Of a stretch of DNA of 64,000 nt, positions 18,835-28,208 are shown in pieces. Location: assembly GCA_965242655.1 (NCBI GenBank), contig OZ251482.1:4137480-4201479 (forward strand), given 5' to 3'. The translations under genes and the position numbers were made by a program. Source of the DNA: Caldilineaceae bacterium. Its GTDB lineage: Bacteria; Chloroflexota; Anaerolineae; Caldilineales; Caldilineaceae. The notes beneath the pieces are model-generated. The model saw only the letters and a list, made by a program, of their open reading frames with translations, was not told where the DNA came from and did no database searches. Numbering within the stretch: position 1 is the stretch's first letter; each line of letters opens with the position of its first letter.

Positions 18835-20415
18835 ATGCCTGATCCCGCGCCGTTGCTGATCGGTCTGGATCTCGGAACCACCCACATCAAGGCGCAGGCC
18901 TTTACGGCCGCCGGGGAGGCCGTAGGCTCCGCGCGGCGTCCCACGCCCATGACTCACCCGCGCCCCGGATGGGGGGAAATGGATCCGGAGGCCCTGTGGG
19001 ACGTCTGTTGCGCGTTGTTGCGGACGTTGGCCGCCAGGACCTCCGCCCGGGGGACGGTCGCGGCCATCGCCGTCGCCAGCGTGGGCGAAGCCGGCGTTCC
19101 CCTGGATGCGCAGGGGAACCCCGCCTACGCGTCGATTGCCTGGTACGACACGCGGCCCCAGCCGCAGGTGGACGAACTGGCCCGGCGCCTGGGCGCCGAG
19201 GCGATCTTCGCCGCCAGCGGACAGGCCCTGCATCCCATCTTCGGCGTCTGCAAACTGCTCTGGCTGCAGGCCAACGAACCGGACGCCTTCAGGCGCACCT
19301 GCCGCTGGCTGCCGCTGTCCGACTTCGTCGCCTGGCGTCTCTCCGGCGTCATGGGGATGGAATACTCCCTGGCTTCGCGCACCATGGCCCTGGACGTGCG
19401 CCGCCGGCGCTGGGCGGATGCGTTCCTGCAGGAGATCGGCCTGTCCGCGGCCCTCTGGCCCGCCCTGCGTCCCAGCGGACAGGTTTTGGGGCGCGTACGG
19501 CCGGAGGTCAGCCGTCGCCTGGGGTGGCCGGCCTCCGTCCAGGTCGTGACCGGGGGCCATGATCACGTCGTGGCCGCCTTGGCCCTGGGCGTGACCGCGC
19601 CGGGGATCCTGCTCGATTCCATGGGCGGGGCGGAAGGCCTTTTCCTGCCCTTGGACGCGCCGCTGTCCGCAACGCAGCTGGGCGCGTACGGGTACTCCCA
19701 AGGCATTCACGTTACGGGCGGCCATTACCTGATGGCCGGCCTGTATACGTCGGGCGTCGCGGTCGATTGGTTCCGCGAGCAGTTCGCGCCGCAGGACAGC
19801 TACGCGGCCTTGACGGCCGCCGCGCGCGCCGCGCCCGCCGGCAGCCGCGGGGTGCTCTTTCTGCCCCATTTGCGCCTGGCCCATCCAGGCTACCCGGCCG
19901 CTTCGTCGCGGGGCGCCTACGCGGGCCTCTCCTTCGATACGGACAAGGGCGCCCTGTTCCGGGCCACTCTGGAGGGCGTGGCGCTGGACGCGCGTTATTC
20001 CCTGGATCAGGCGCTGGCGTTGGGTTCTATTCCGGAGCCTGAGCGCATCGTCCTCACGGGCGGCGGCACCCGCAACCCGCTCCTGATGCGCATCAAGGCG
20101 GCGGTCATGCGCAGGGAACTGCATATTGCCCATAGGGACGACGCCGCGACGTTGGGGGCCGCGCTGTTGGCGGGCGTAGGGGCCGGACTGTACGGTTCCT
20201 GCGCGGAAGCGGCGGCCGCCGTCCAGGTCGGCGCGGACGTAGTAGCGCCCGACCCCGCGGACGCCGCTTGCTACGCGCGCCTCTATACCGATGCGTACGT
20301 CCGTTTCTACCGGGATCTGCAGCCGCTGCATCAGGCCTTGATCCGCCTGCACGGCCGCGCGCCGGCGCCAGGCGAACGCCGCGCCGGGCTTGCGCGCGGA
20401 GACGGCGCCGCCTAG
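18835..20415 (+). CDS. FGGY-family carbohydrate kinase
   Basis: LLIGLDLGTTHIKAQ at the N-terminus, 526 aa, VLTGGGTRNPLL near the C-terminus. Confidence 0.85.
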   Translation: MPDPAPLLIGLDLGTTHIKAQAFTAAGEAVGSARRPTPMTHPRPGWGEMDPEALWDVCCALLRTLAARTSARGTVAAIAVASVGEAGVPLDAQGNPAYASIAWYDTRPQPQVDELARRLGAEAIFAASGQALHPIFGVCKLLWLQANEPDAFRRTCRWLPLSDFVAWRLSGVMGMEYSLASRTMALDVRRRRWADAFLQEIGLSAALWPALRPSGQVLGRVRPEVSRRLGWPASVQVVTGGHDHVVAALALGVTAPGILLDSMGGAEGLFLPLDAPLSATQLGAYGYSQGIHVTGGHYLMAGLYTSGVAVDWFREQFAPQDSYAALTAAARAAPAGSRGVLFLPHLRLAHPGYPAASSRGAYAGLSFDTDKGALFRATLEGVALDARYSLDQALALGSIPEPERIVLTGGGTRNPLLMRIKAAVMRRELHIAHRDDAATLGAALLAGVGAGLYGSCAEAAAAVQVGADVVAPDPADAACYARLYTDAYVRFYRDLQPLHQALIRLHGRAPAPGERRAGLARGDGAA

Positions 20416-21395
20416 CTGCGCGGCCGGCTGCGTTCGTCTTCGCGGTCCGTAGCCAGGGCCGGCGTATAGGACAACGCCGAGACGGCGCGCCGCAAGTCGT
20501 CGTCCATGGCCAGTTCGACCGCTTGCAGGGAAGGTTCCAGCTGCTCCAGGTTGCGGGCCCCGATGATAGGCGCAGTCACGCCTGGATGGCGGAGCACCCA
20601 AGCCACGGCCAAGGCCGCCGGCGCGATGCCGCGGGCGCGGGCGAAGTCGGCGAACCGCTGGGCGATATCGAAGTCAGTCTCTTCTCCGTACCGCGCCTGG
20701 TACATGGCGTTTACCGCCAGGCGCGAACCTTGGGGCCTGTCCTGGAACGTGTACTTGCCGGACAGAATCCCGCCGGCCATCGGACTGTAGGGAATGACGC
20801 CGAGTCCTTCCGCCAGGGCCAGCGGGAGGATCTCCACTTCCGCCTGGCGCTTGATCAGGTTGTACATGGGTTGAATGCACTCGAAACGGGCCAGGCCGGC
20901 GCGGGCGCTCCAGCCGAGCGCCCGCGCGATTTGCCAGGCCGCCCAGTTGCTCACGCCCAGATACAGGACCTTGCCCTGCCGCACGAGTTCGTCCAGCCCG
21001 CGCATGACCTCGGGAATGGGGGTATGGGGATCGAAATGATGCACGAAGTAGAGGTCGATGCGATCGGTGTCCAGACGGCGCAGCGACGCTTCCACCTGCA
21101 GGCGGATATGACGCCGCGACAACCCGCGCTGGTTGGCCCCGTCGCCTACGGGCGACGCGACCTTGGTCGTGAGGACGATCTCGTCCCGTACGGGCTTGAT
21201 CAGTTGCCCCAGGATTTCCTCCGACCGGCCGCCGGCGTAGGTGTTGGCGCAGTCGAAAAAGTTGATGCCGGCTTCCCGGCAACGATGGAACATGCGCGCG
21301 GACGTTTCGGCGTCGGCAATGTCGCCGAAAGACATGGTGCCGAAGCACAGCGCGGATACGTGAACGCCGGTCTGGCCCAATAACGCGTATTTCAT
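20412..21395 (-). CDS. Aldo/keto reductase
   Basis: MKYALLGQTGVHVSALCFGTMSFG...INFFDCANTYAGGRSEEILG. Confidence 0.9.
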   Translation of the reverse strand: MKYALLGQTGVHVSALCFGTMSFGDIADAETSARMFHRCREAGINFFDCANTYAGGRSEEILGQLIKPVRDEIVLTTKVASPVGDGANQRGLSRRHIRLQVEASLRRLDTDRIDLYFVHHFDPHTPIPEVMRGLDELVRQGKVLYLGVSNWAAWQIARALGWSARAGLARFECIQPMYNLIKRQAEVEILPLALAEGLGVIPYSPMAGGILSGKYTFQDRPQGSRLAVNAMYQARYGEETDFDIAQRFADFARARGIAPAALAVAWVLRHPGVTAPIIGARNLEQLEPSLQAVELAMDDDLRRAVSALSYTPALATDREDERSRPRS

Positions 21396-21623
21396 GATTC
21401 AAGCTCCCTTGGCGGAACGGAAGATGCGTGAGCGGAATGTACCACAGAGCCGGCTACTGACGGGCCTACCGCGCGTCCGGCACGGAAGAGTACGCGGGCG
21501 CGTACCTGGACCTCGGTCGCGGAGAGCGTGGGTTCCTGCCTGAGCCCAGCGCATCCAGTCCGTCAATGCGGGTTCCTGCGCCCCCGGGGCGCCGCGGGCG
21601 GGCAGCGCAACGGCTCTGGTTTT

Positions 21624-23519
21624 TCACGGCGTCTCGCAAGCCCGCGTAGCGACCAGATGAAAACCGGCATCGTAAAGGAAGCCGGTATCGCCGTCGTTGT
21701 TCCACGCGGGCGTCGTCGACAATTGAATGTCGCCCTGGGCATCGCCCGTGGCCAGCGATACGCTGGCTCCGGCCTGCAACGCCCAACGCGGGAGACGGAA
21801 ACGGTTTTCGTTGCCGGCATCATGCAGGTGCCAACCCTCCAGATTCACGGTCGCCGCACCGCGGTTGACGATGGTTACGAGCTCCGTCCGCGCGTTGCAC
21901 TGCAGGGCAAGGCGGAAACCGGGAACAGACGGGGATTCGTCCGCGCGGGCGTCCGCGGAGGCCGTAACGGCCAGGGAAGAGTCGTCGCAGGTAGCCAGAA
22001 CGTCGGCCAGCACCCTTTTTTCCGCCTTGTCCACGGCCAGATCCCAGCGCCCTTTGGCGCTGATCCAATCCATGGCGTAGCGACAACGGCCATGGCGCTC
22101 CGCCGGCAGCCACGCCGCGGGATCCGCGGCGCCGCGGGCCTGCTTCATGCTTTGGCTGATGATGGCCAGTTGGACCGGATCGCGGCTGCTGTCGCGAAAC
22201 CGCGCGCGCTGTTCCTCGTTCCACAGCCACCCTTCGGAATTATGCACTTCAAAGAGCGGAAGCAACGGCTCCGCCCGCACGACGGACCAGTCGCGGGTCA
22301 TCCGGTTCTCGTACCGCAAGAACCAGGCACCGTCCGCCCGTTGCGCGGCCTGAAGCGCGGCGCAGGCGGCGTCGCACGCGTCCGCCGCGGGGGCGGGCGC
22401 GTAGGCCGCGCGGTCGTATCTCCGCCCGCCGCTGCCCGCGGGAAATTCTTTCAGCGCCTCCAGCGCCTGCGCATAGCCTTGGATGAAGATCCGGGTCCCC
22501 AGCACCAGACTGTCGTCGGCCGCCCGCTCCAGCAACGTGTCGGGCGCAGGCGCCAAGCGGTCCGCCGGTACCCAGGCGCCTGCCGCGTACGCGTGCGTCG
22601 GCTGAATCCGGGCCCATCGTTCGCCCTGGCCGTTCTCCCTGATCGATGACGCCACCACCCAGCTGCCGGCCTTCACCGCGTACGCGACGTCCGCCGCGGC
22701 ATCGGGTTGGGTGAAGGCCTGCGTAGGCTCCATGGCATAGGCGATGCCGGAAAAGAGTTCGCCGCGCGACCAGAGCTGCGCCAGGGTGCGCCGCGCCACG
22801 ACCTGGCTGGCGCCGGTCACGCAGGTCAAACGGACCAGGGAACCGAAGACCCAAGCGGCCCGGGTATCGCCGGCCCGCAGAATGCGAATCCAGGCGCCGT
22901 TCTCCGTCTGTTCCACCGCGGGATACGTCTCGTCTCTGGCTACCGTACCCAAGATGCTGGCCTCGGCGTTGGGCGCGGCGCGCACGCGCAGCCGATCGGC
23001 TTGAATCACCGCAGCCTGCTGTCCGGGCGGGCAGGCCTCTGCTGACGCCGTCAAGGCGGAAGCCGCCGCGGACGCGCTGTCCGCGACCAGGGCGGCATCC
23101 AGCGGTTGACAGGGCGCGAATTGGATCAGAGAACGGAAAACCCACGCTTCGGCGCGGCTGTCCGGCAGCTGGATCCGCACCCAATCGACTGCGGTTGCCG
23201 AGTCCAAAACGGGAAACTCGTCCGCGCGCACCACGACGCGCAGGATGCCGGCCTCGAAGCTGGGCGCGGAACGCACGCGCAACCGATCGGTATGGACGAC
23301 GGCGACGTTCCCGTCCGCGCTGCATCCCGGAGCGTAGACGGGGATCAGCCGCGTTGCCTCCGCCCGCGTCTGCACCGTCGCGGCGTCATCCGGTGCCGGC
23401 ACGATCAAGGCCGGACGGCAGGCGGCGCACAGCAAGGCCGCCGCCCATAGGCATAAAAGTCCCAGACGCCGTCGGTGGCGCTGTAGGGCGGCGGCGTCCG
23501 CAGGCTTGCTTCCATTCAT
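21624..23519 (-). CDS. Secreted lipoprotein-like protein: SH3b-like repeats + DUF1524/HNH-like nuclease-type region + C-terminal lamin-tail domain
   Basis: Signal peptide LLCLWAAALLCAAC. Two clear SH3b-like repeats (DRLRVRSAPSFEAGILRVV.., DRLRVRAAPNAEASILGTV..). A region ..EVHNSEGW..DPAAWLPA...CRYAMDWISAKGRWDL..AEKRVLADVLATC resembles secreted DUF1524 nucleases. The C-terminus ELVTIVNRGAATVNLEGWHLHD is lamin-tail-like. Confidence 0.65.
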   Translation of the reverse strand: MNGSKPADAAALQRHRRRLGLLCLWAAALLCAACRPALIVPAPDDAATVQTRAEATRLIPVYAPGCSADGNVAVVHTDRLRVRSAPSFEAGILRVVVRADEFPVLDSATAVDWVRIQLPDSRAEAWVFRSLIQFAPCQPLDAALVADSASAAASALTASAEACPPGQQAAVIQADRLRVRAAPNAEASILGTVARDETYPAVEQTENGAWIRILRAGDTRAAWVFGSLVRLTCVTGASQVVARRTLAQLWSRGELFSGIAYAMEPTQAFTQPDAAADVAYAVKAGSWVVASSIRENGQGERWARIQPTHAYAAGAWVPADRLAPAPDTLLERAADDSLVLGTRIFIQGYAQALEALKEFPAGSGGRRYDRAAYAPAPAADACDAACAALQAAQRADGAWFLRYENRMTRDWSVVRAEPLLPLFEVHNSEGWLWNEEQRARFRDSSRDPVQLAIISQSMKQARGAADPAAWLPAERHGRCRYAMDWISAKGRWDLAVDKAEKRVLADVLATCDDSSLAVTASADARADESPSVPGFRLALQCNARTELVTIVNRGAATVNLEGWHLHDAGNENRFRLPRWALQAGASVSLATGDAQGDIQLSTTPAWNNDGDTGFLYDAGFHLVATRACETP

Positions 23520-23739
23520 GGGGAGACATTGTAGACGCAAGAGCGGCTCTCGCACCGTAATCCGTCCGCGAGGGGAAGATCAAAGCGGCAAGCCCATGGC
23601 TATGCCTGCGCACAGGCCAAGTCGGAACGCGCTGCCGGTTGCACGCGTTCGCCGCGGCCCCCAGGATGCGCAGAGGGGCTGCCGCCGTTCCGCGGCGTCG
23701 CGAGCGCTCTGCGGGTCGGGCGCCGCCTGGGCCAAGGCG

Positions 23740-25008
23740 TCACAGGTTCAAGGCATCATTGATGGCGGACTGATAGCGATCCAGGTCCCCTTTGAGCACC
23801 GCGTCTACGGATACCGCGGCGCCGCATTCGGCAGACTCCAGCAACGCGTATATCACGGCGAGCGCCCGCGTGCCTTGCCAGGCATCGACCTCGATTGCCT
23901 GCTCGCCGCGTATGGCTCCGGCGAACTCCGCGTATTCCGTGGCCAACAGCTTGCGGTCTATCGCCTCGAAGGCCAAATCGTAGGTGGCTAGGCGCTCGCC
24001 GCCGAAGAGCGCGGCGGTCGCGGCATCCAGCGCGAAATCCGGCGCGAGGGCCAGCAGATCCGCCCCGGCGATCTTGTCCTTGCCGTCGGCATGCACGACC
24101 AGGGAGCGTCCCGTTCTGTCCGGCGGCAGCTCCATGGAACCGGCGGCTCCGTAAATGACGCGTTGCCAAAGGGGAGCGCCCCATCCCGCGTGATCCTCGC
24201 TGAATTGCGCGACGGCGCCGTTGGCGAAGACTATCGTGCCGTAGAGCGCGTCTTCCGCGTCCGGCGCGAACGAGGCAGGCATTTGCGCCTGCCACCGGGA
24301 ATACGCGCCGCCGGGATTGCTCAGAACCCCGACGTCCTGCCCTGCCCTTGGGTTGATGCGCGTTTGCTCGTGCAATCTCTTCTGGCCGTAGACCGATTGC
24401 GCAGGCCCCATGAAGTATTCCATGACGTCGCCGTAGTGAACGCCCATGTCGACCAGAATGCCGCCCTCTTGCTTCCGGTGCCGCCACAGCGTGATGAGCA
24501 GACGGTTCTGGCCGCTCACGGAGTTCATGAGCATCAGGCGCGGCGCGCCGATCGCGCCGGCCTCCAGCAACGCCCGCGCCAACCGGTTCACGGGATCGCG
24601 GCGATAGTTTTCGGCGACGCTCACGATGCAGTCGCTTTGGTCGGCCGCCGCGCAGATGCGGAGCGCCGCGGCCACGGTGAGACCGACGGGTTTCTCCGTC
24701 ATGACGTGCAAGCCCAAGGCCAACGCCTCTTCAATCAGGGAATGGTGCAGAGCCGGCGGCGAAGTCAGATCGATGGCTTGCACCCCGTGGGCCGGCAATT
24801 GCTCCAGACGCGCCGCGACCGCCGGCTGCGCGCCGAAATACGCGCCGGCCGCTTGCGCCAGGGATTGCGCGTTGTCCGTTACCGGGTCGCAGGCGGCCGC
24901 CAGTTCCCAGTCCGATATCCCGTGGCGGTGCAGTTCCTGCAATCCCAGCAGGTGGCGATGCCCCATGCCGCCGCAACCCACAATCGCCAATCGAAGGCGT
25001 TCCGCCAT
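23740..25008 (-). CDS. Gfo/Idh/MocA-family oxidoreductase
   Basis: Start at ATG 25008 (MAERLRLAIVGCGGMGHRH); Rossmann N-terminus, EKP motif (MTEKPVG). Confidence 0.85.
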   Translation of the reverse strand: MAERLRLAIVGCGGMGHRHLLGLQELHRHGISDWELAAACDPVTDNAQSLAQAAGAYFGAQPAVAARLEQLPAHGVQAIDLTSPPALHHSLIEEALALGLHVMTEKPVGLTVAAALRICAAADQSDCIVSVAENYRRDPVNRLARALLEAGAIGAPRLMLMNSVSGQNRLLITLWRHRKQEGGILVDMGVHYGDVMEYFMGPAQSVYGQKRLHEQTRINPRAGQDVGVLSNPGGAYSRWQAQMPASFAPDAEDALYGTIVFANGAVAQFSEDHAGWGAPLWQRVIYGAAGSMELPPDRTGRSLVVHADGKDKIAGADLLALAPDFALDAATAALFGGERLATYDLAFEAIDRKLLATEYAEFAGAIRGEQAIEVDAWQGTRALAVIYALLESAECGAAVSVDAVLKGDLDRYQSAINDALNL

Positions 25009-25046
25009 CGCTCCGTCTCCTGCTCGCTGGAGTGCGGCTGGCCGCG

Positions 25047-26042
25047 CTAGGGCATTTCGCCGCACGCGCGGATCAACGTTTCCTGTACCAGAAGTTCGTG
25101 GTCGTACGGCCTGTCCCTTTCCCGCGCGCCCTGCACGGCCTCCAGCAACGCGGCCAACTCCAGAACGTAGAGGGACTGCCGCGTCTGGGGCTGAACGGGA
25201 ACCATCATGGCTCCTTCCGGATAGCCGCCCGCGGCCTCCGCCAGGCACAGGCGAATCAAGGTGGCCGGTTCGAACGGCTCCAGGATGACGGCGCTGCCGG
25301 CCGTGCCGTACACTTCGAAGCGCCGCGCGTTCGGCTTGGGTTCCATGGCCGCGATGTCAATCGTCGCCATGGCCTTTGCGTATTCGAACACGCCCAACGT
25401 GTTGTCGCTGAAACCGGGCGCCTGGCCCGTATCGTTCCGGAAGAAGGCGGTCACCTTGTCCGGCCGTCCCAAGAGCCAGACGACTTGATCCAGCATGTGG
25501 CTGGCCAGGTCGTAGAAAATGCCGCCGGGATGGACGCGCACGCGTTTTCTCTGCTCCAGGCCTATGGACGTGGACATATGCGCGCGCACGGCGAAAACGT
25601 CGCCCAGGAATCCGCTATGGACCCACTCCGCAATCCGGGCGAAGGCGTTGTGGTAGCGAAACATGTAGCCCATTTGCACTTCGGTGTTCTGCGCGCGGGC
25701 CTGGGCCACTACGCGCTGCCATTGCGCCCAGTTTTGGCCGGCGGGCTTGTCGTACCACACGTGCTTGCCCGCCTGCACCAAGGCCTCCGTGTGATCCAGA
25801 CTCTCGGCGTTGGATCCTTCCGAAGATACGAGGGCGATGGACGCGTCGTTCAGTATGTCGTCGAGGGAAGCGAACCAGCGCTGTCCGGCATACGGCTCCC
25901 GCTCCGCCACGCGGTCGCGTTGGGCGGCGTCGGGTTCGAAGACGCCGACGACTTCGACGCTTGGGTTATCCAGCATGGCCTGCAGTTTGCCTGCAGCATG
26001 CCCGTGCTTCGTGCCTACTTGCGCCATGCGGATGGTTGCCAT
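25047..26042 (-). CDS. Gfo/Idh/MocA-family oxidoreductase
   Basis: Start at ATG 26042 (MATIRMAQVGTKHGHA); WYDKPAG motif. Confidence 0.8.
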   Translation of the reverse strand: MATIRMAQVGTKHGHAAGKLQAMLDNPSVEVVGVFEPDAAQRDRVAEREPYAGQRWFASLDDILNDASIALVSSEGSNAESLDHTEALVQAGKHVWYDKPAGQNWAQWQRVVAQARAQNTEVQMGYMFRYHNAFARIAEWVHSGFLGDVFAVRAHMSTSIGLEQRKRVRVHPGGIFYDLASHMLDQVVWLLGRPDKVTAFFRNDTGQAPGFSDNTLGVFEYAKAMATIDIAAMEPKPNARRFEVYGTAGSAVILEPFEPATLIRLCLAEAAGGYPEGAMMVPVQPQTRQSLYVLELAALLEAVQGARERDRPYDHELLVQETLIRACGEMP

Positions 26043-26351
26043 GTCGGGTCGCTCCTGCGTCGTTCCGGGAACAGCGGTTCGCCTCCCTAGATTCTGCGTC
26101 ATAGTCGCGCATTTGGCAATCTTGAGAGGGGCGGCAAGAGCGTTGTGCCCGGAAGCCGCGGGAGGCATTTCATGGCCCGCTCTGCGCTTGACGCGTATCA
26201 GGGCCAGGGATCTGCGATAGGACGCGGCTCTCTCTCAGCATTGTTGGCGATGAGGGCCTATTGCATCTGCGCCTAAACTGGCGCGACGCCTCGCTTCGTC
26301 ATCGCCAGCGCCGGCGCTTCCCTGCCCATTCTTGCGCGGGATGTTCAGGAC

Positions 26352-26822
26352 CTACAGAGCCTCGAGAGCCAGACTGCCGAGTTTGCGACGCAAATCGTCA
26401 AGCAAGGCCTTCAAGGAATGATTGGATTTTCCCGCGCGATAGAAATCCGTGGCGCTCACCAAGTCCGCGGCGAATTCAATGCCGCCCAAGGTAGCGGAAC
26501 GACCTCCCGCGCGGACGGCGTCGGCCAATATCTGCTTGTAATTCAGCCGTGACGGTCTGGCCGTTTCCAGTTGCGGTCGCGCTCCGATAACTTTTTCGAA
26601 AGACGTTGGATCCGCCATATACCAACGCTCTATATAGGGGTCGGGACAGGCAAGAACCAGTCTGTCGGCGAGATTGGGACTTGTGGCTGCTCGAATCTGC
26701 GCGCGTTTCTTGGCGAAGGACTCGCCGTTGCAATCGACCGCGACAATCACGAGATCGGAATCCGCGGCGCTCGGTATCATTTGGTCGAATACATTCTGGT
26801 ACAGGCGAAATTCCTGCATCAC
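26352..26822 (-). CDS. Toprim-like DUF4276-type protein, C-terminal 155 aa (downstream reading frame of a split gene)
   Basis: ORF track. DLVIVAVDCNGESF (DxD-like) and PDPYIERWYMADP (ElEaW-like) fit my recollection of DUF4276. See the N-terminal fragment 26819..26968. Confidence 0.6.
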   Translation of the reverse strand: MMQEFRLYQNVFDQMIPSAADSDLVIVAVDCNGESFAKKRAQIRAATSPNLADRLVLACPDPYIERWYMADPTSFEKVIGARPQLETARPSRLNYKQILADAVRAGGRSATLGGIEFAADLVSATDFYRAGKSNHSLKALLDDLRRKLGSLALEAL

Positions 26823-26968
26823 GCGCGCGCGTGTCCGCCGCGCGCGGAACGCACATGCGTCGTAACGGCCAGATGCGCTTCGCAGGCGATGCGGGAAACC
26901 AGCGGTCGCATGAAGACTTCTTGCGCGCGATCCTCAACGAACAGTTCCGCAGTCACGGGTTCAGGCAT
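26819..26968 (-). CDS. N-terminal 49-codon fragment of the DUF4276-type gene, in a different frame from the rest
   Basis: Own translation: MPEPVTAELFVEDRAQEVFMRPLVSRIACEAHLAVTTHVRSARGGHARA*. The ATG overlaps the ATPase stop (ATGCCTGA). The TGA shares its A with ATG 26819 of the downstream frame. A (CG)5 run lies at the junction. Confidence 0.5.
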   Translation of the reverse strand: MPEPVTAELFVEDRAQEVFMRPLVSRIACEAHLAVTTHVRSARGGHARA

Positions 26969-28208
26969 CAATCAGGCCTCGCAACAAGAGACCGCTGAAT
27001 ATGCGGGTATCGTCCGCCGCGAGGGCCGCGCGGATTTTATCGTCGCGAAACAGCGGCCCTTGCAGGTCCAGCGGCTCTACCTCCGTCGCCTGATTGCGGT
27101 AGCGAACCAGATACATCCCGATATCGCGACCGTACGGCGTCGCAAGGTTCAGAATCGTATCGCAGAAAAGCGGCGAGTGAGTCGTTACGATGACTTGGCA
27201 GCGCTTCTGCATGGCAACGGAGAGCAGAAGCTCCGCGATCAGCTCCAGGCGACGGGGATGCACGCCGTTTTCCGGTTCTTCGAAAGCAAGCAGCGAACCG
27301 CTCCATGGGTTCTCGGCAATGGCGCATAACGCAAGCACGCGTAGGGTGCCTTCGGATAGGACTCGAGAGGAATAATCCACTCCGCCTTGCCGGATGCGCA
27401 AATCCAAAGTCCCGCGCTGCGCATTGAGATCGACCGCTATTTTTTCGACATTCGGCACGATGGTGCGTAGCGTACGTCCCAAATCCTCAAATTTTTGCGG
27501 ATGCTCGGCCTTGAGTTTGAAGAGAAAGGGGGCGATCGATTCCCCGGCTACGCCAATATTCCAGATGTCGGCAGGCGCGGCCTCCGCGCGCATCGAAAGT
27601 CTGGGATCCAAATAGTACGTATGCCAGTTGGAGAATTCGGTGCGCACTTTTTCCAACCAAGCAAAGCCGGCGTCGCTGCTCAAACTCCGGTCGGACAGAA
27701 GGGCATGATTCAGGCCGACGGGCTCATTGCGCGGACGACCTCTTCCGCCCCTGCCTTTACGCCTGACGTGCAGCTGGGAGTCCTGCTTTTCAATGGCAGG
27801 CAATCCTTTGGGTTGGCCTTTGGCTCCTATCTGGGCCAGATATTCGTCGGCTACGCGGAGCCGTCCGGATTGCATGTCGATGCTGGGCGCGATGCGATAT
27901 CGGTATCGTTCTTGGCCAGCCGTCAAATCGGCCTCAAGGCAGAACTGGATAGACTCTTGTCGAATCAAGGCCGGGATGCCGCCGGCAGGCATAGCGAAGG
28001 CTTCAAAACTGTATCCGCGTACGGGCCGCTGACGTCCAAGAGCCTCATCCAGAGTGGAAGCATTGCCTATCCAGGACAAAGCCTGCACAGCTTCTGCCAA
28101 CGTGCTTTTGCCGGCGGCATTGGGACCGAACAAAACGGTCAATTGAGGCAGTTCAACCGTGACCTCATGCAAAGACTTGAAGTTGCGGACGGTCAATTTA
28201 TTGAGCAT
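26961..28208 (-). CDS. ABC-type (AAA_15/AAA_21, OLD/AriA/RecF-like) ATPase
   Basis: MLNKLTVRNFKSLHEVTVEL..LFGPNAAGKST (Walker A), LSEGTLRVLAL (signature-like), LLAFEEPENGVHP (Walker B/D-loop), VTTHSP (H-loop). Confidence 0.85.
   Translation of the reverse strand: MLNKLTVRNFKSLHEVTVELPQLTVLFGPNAAGKSTLAEAVQALSWIGNASTLDEALGRQRPVRGYSFEAFAMPAGGIPALIRQESIQFCLEADLTAGQERYRYRIAPSIDMQSGRLRVADEYLAQIGAKGQPKGLPAIEKQDSQLHVRRKGRGGRGRPRNEPVGLNHALLSDRSLSSDAGFAWLEKVRTEFSNWHTYYLDPRLSMRAEAAPADIWNIGVAGESIAPFLFKLKAEHPQKFEDLGRTLRTIVPNVEKIAVDLNAQRGTLDLRIRQGGVDYSSRVLSEGTLRVLALCAIAENPWSGSLLAFEEPENGVHPRRLELIAELLLSVAMQKRCQVIVTTHSPLFCDTILNLATPYGRDIGMYLVRYRNQATEVEPLDLQGPLFRDDKIRAALAADDTRIFSGLLLRGLIDA

Noticed and set aside
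17830-20601. 923-aa minus-strand ORF
   Set aside because: It is antisense to the GNAT and FGGY-kinase genes, which have clear family motifs. It has an Arg/Gly/Pro-rich low-complexity composition and no motifs.
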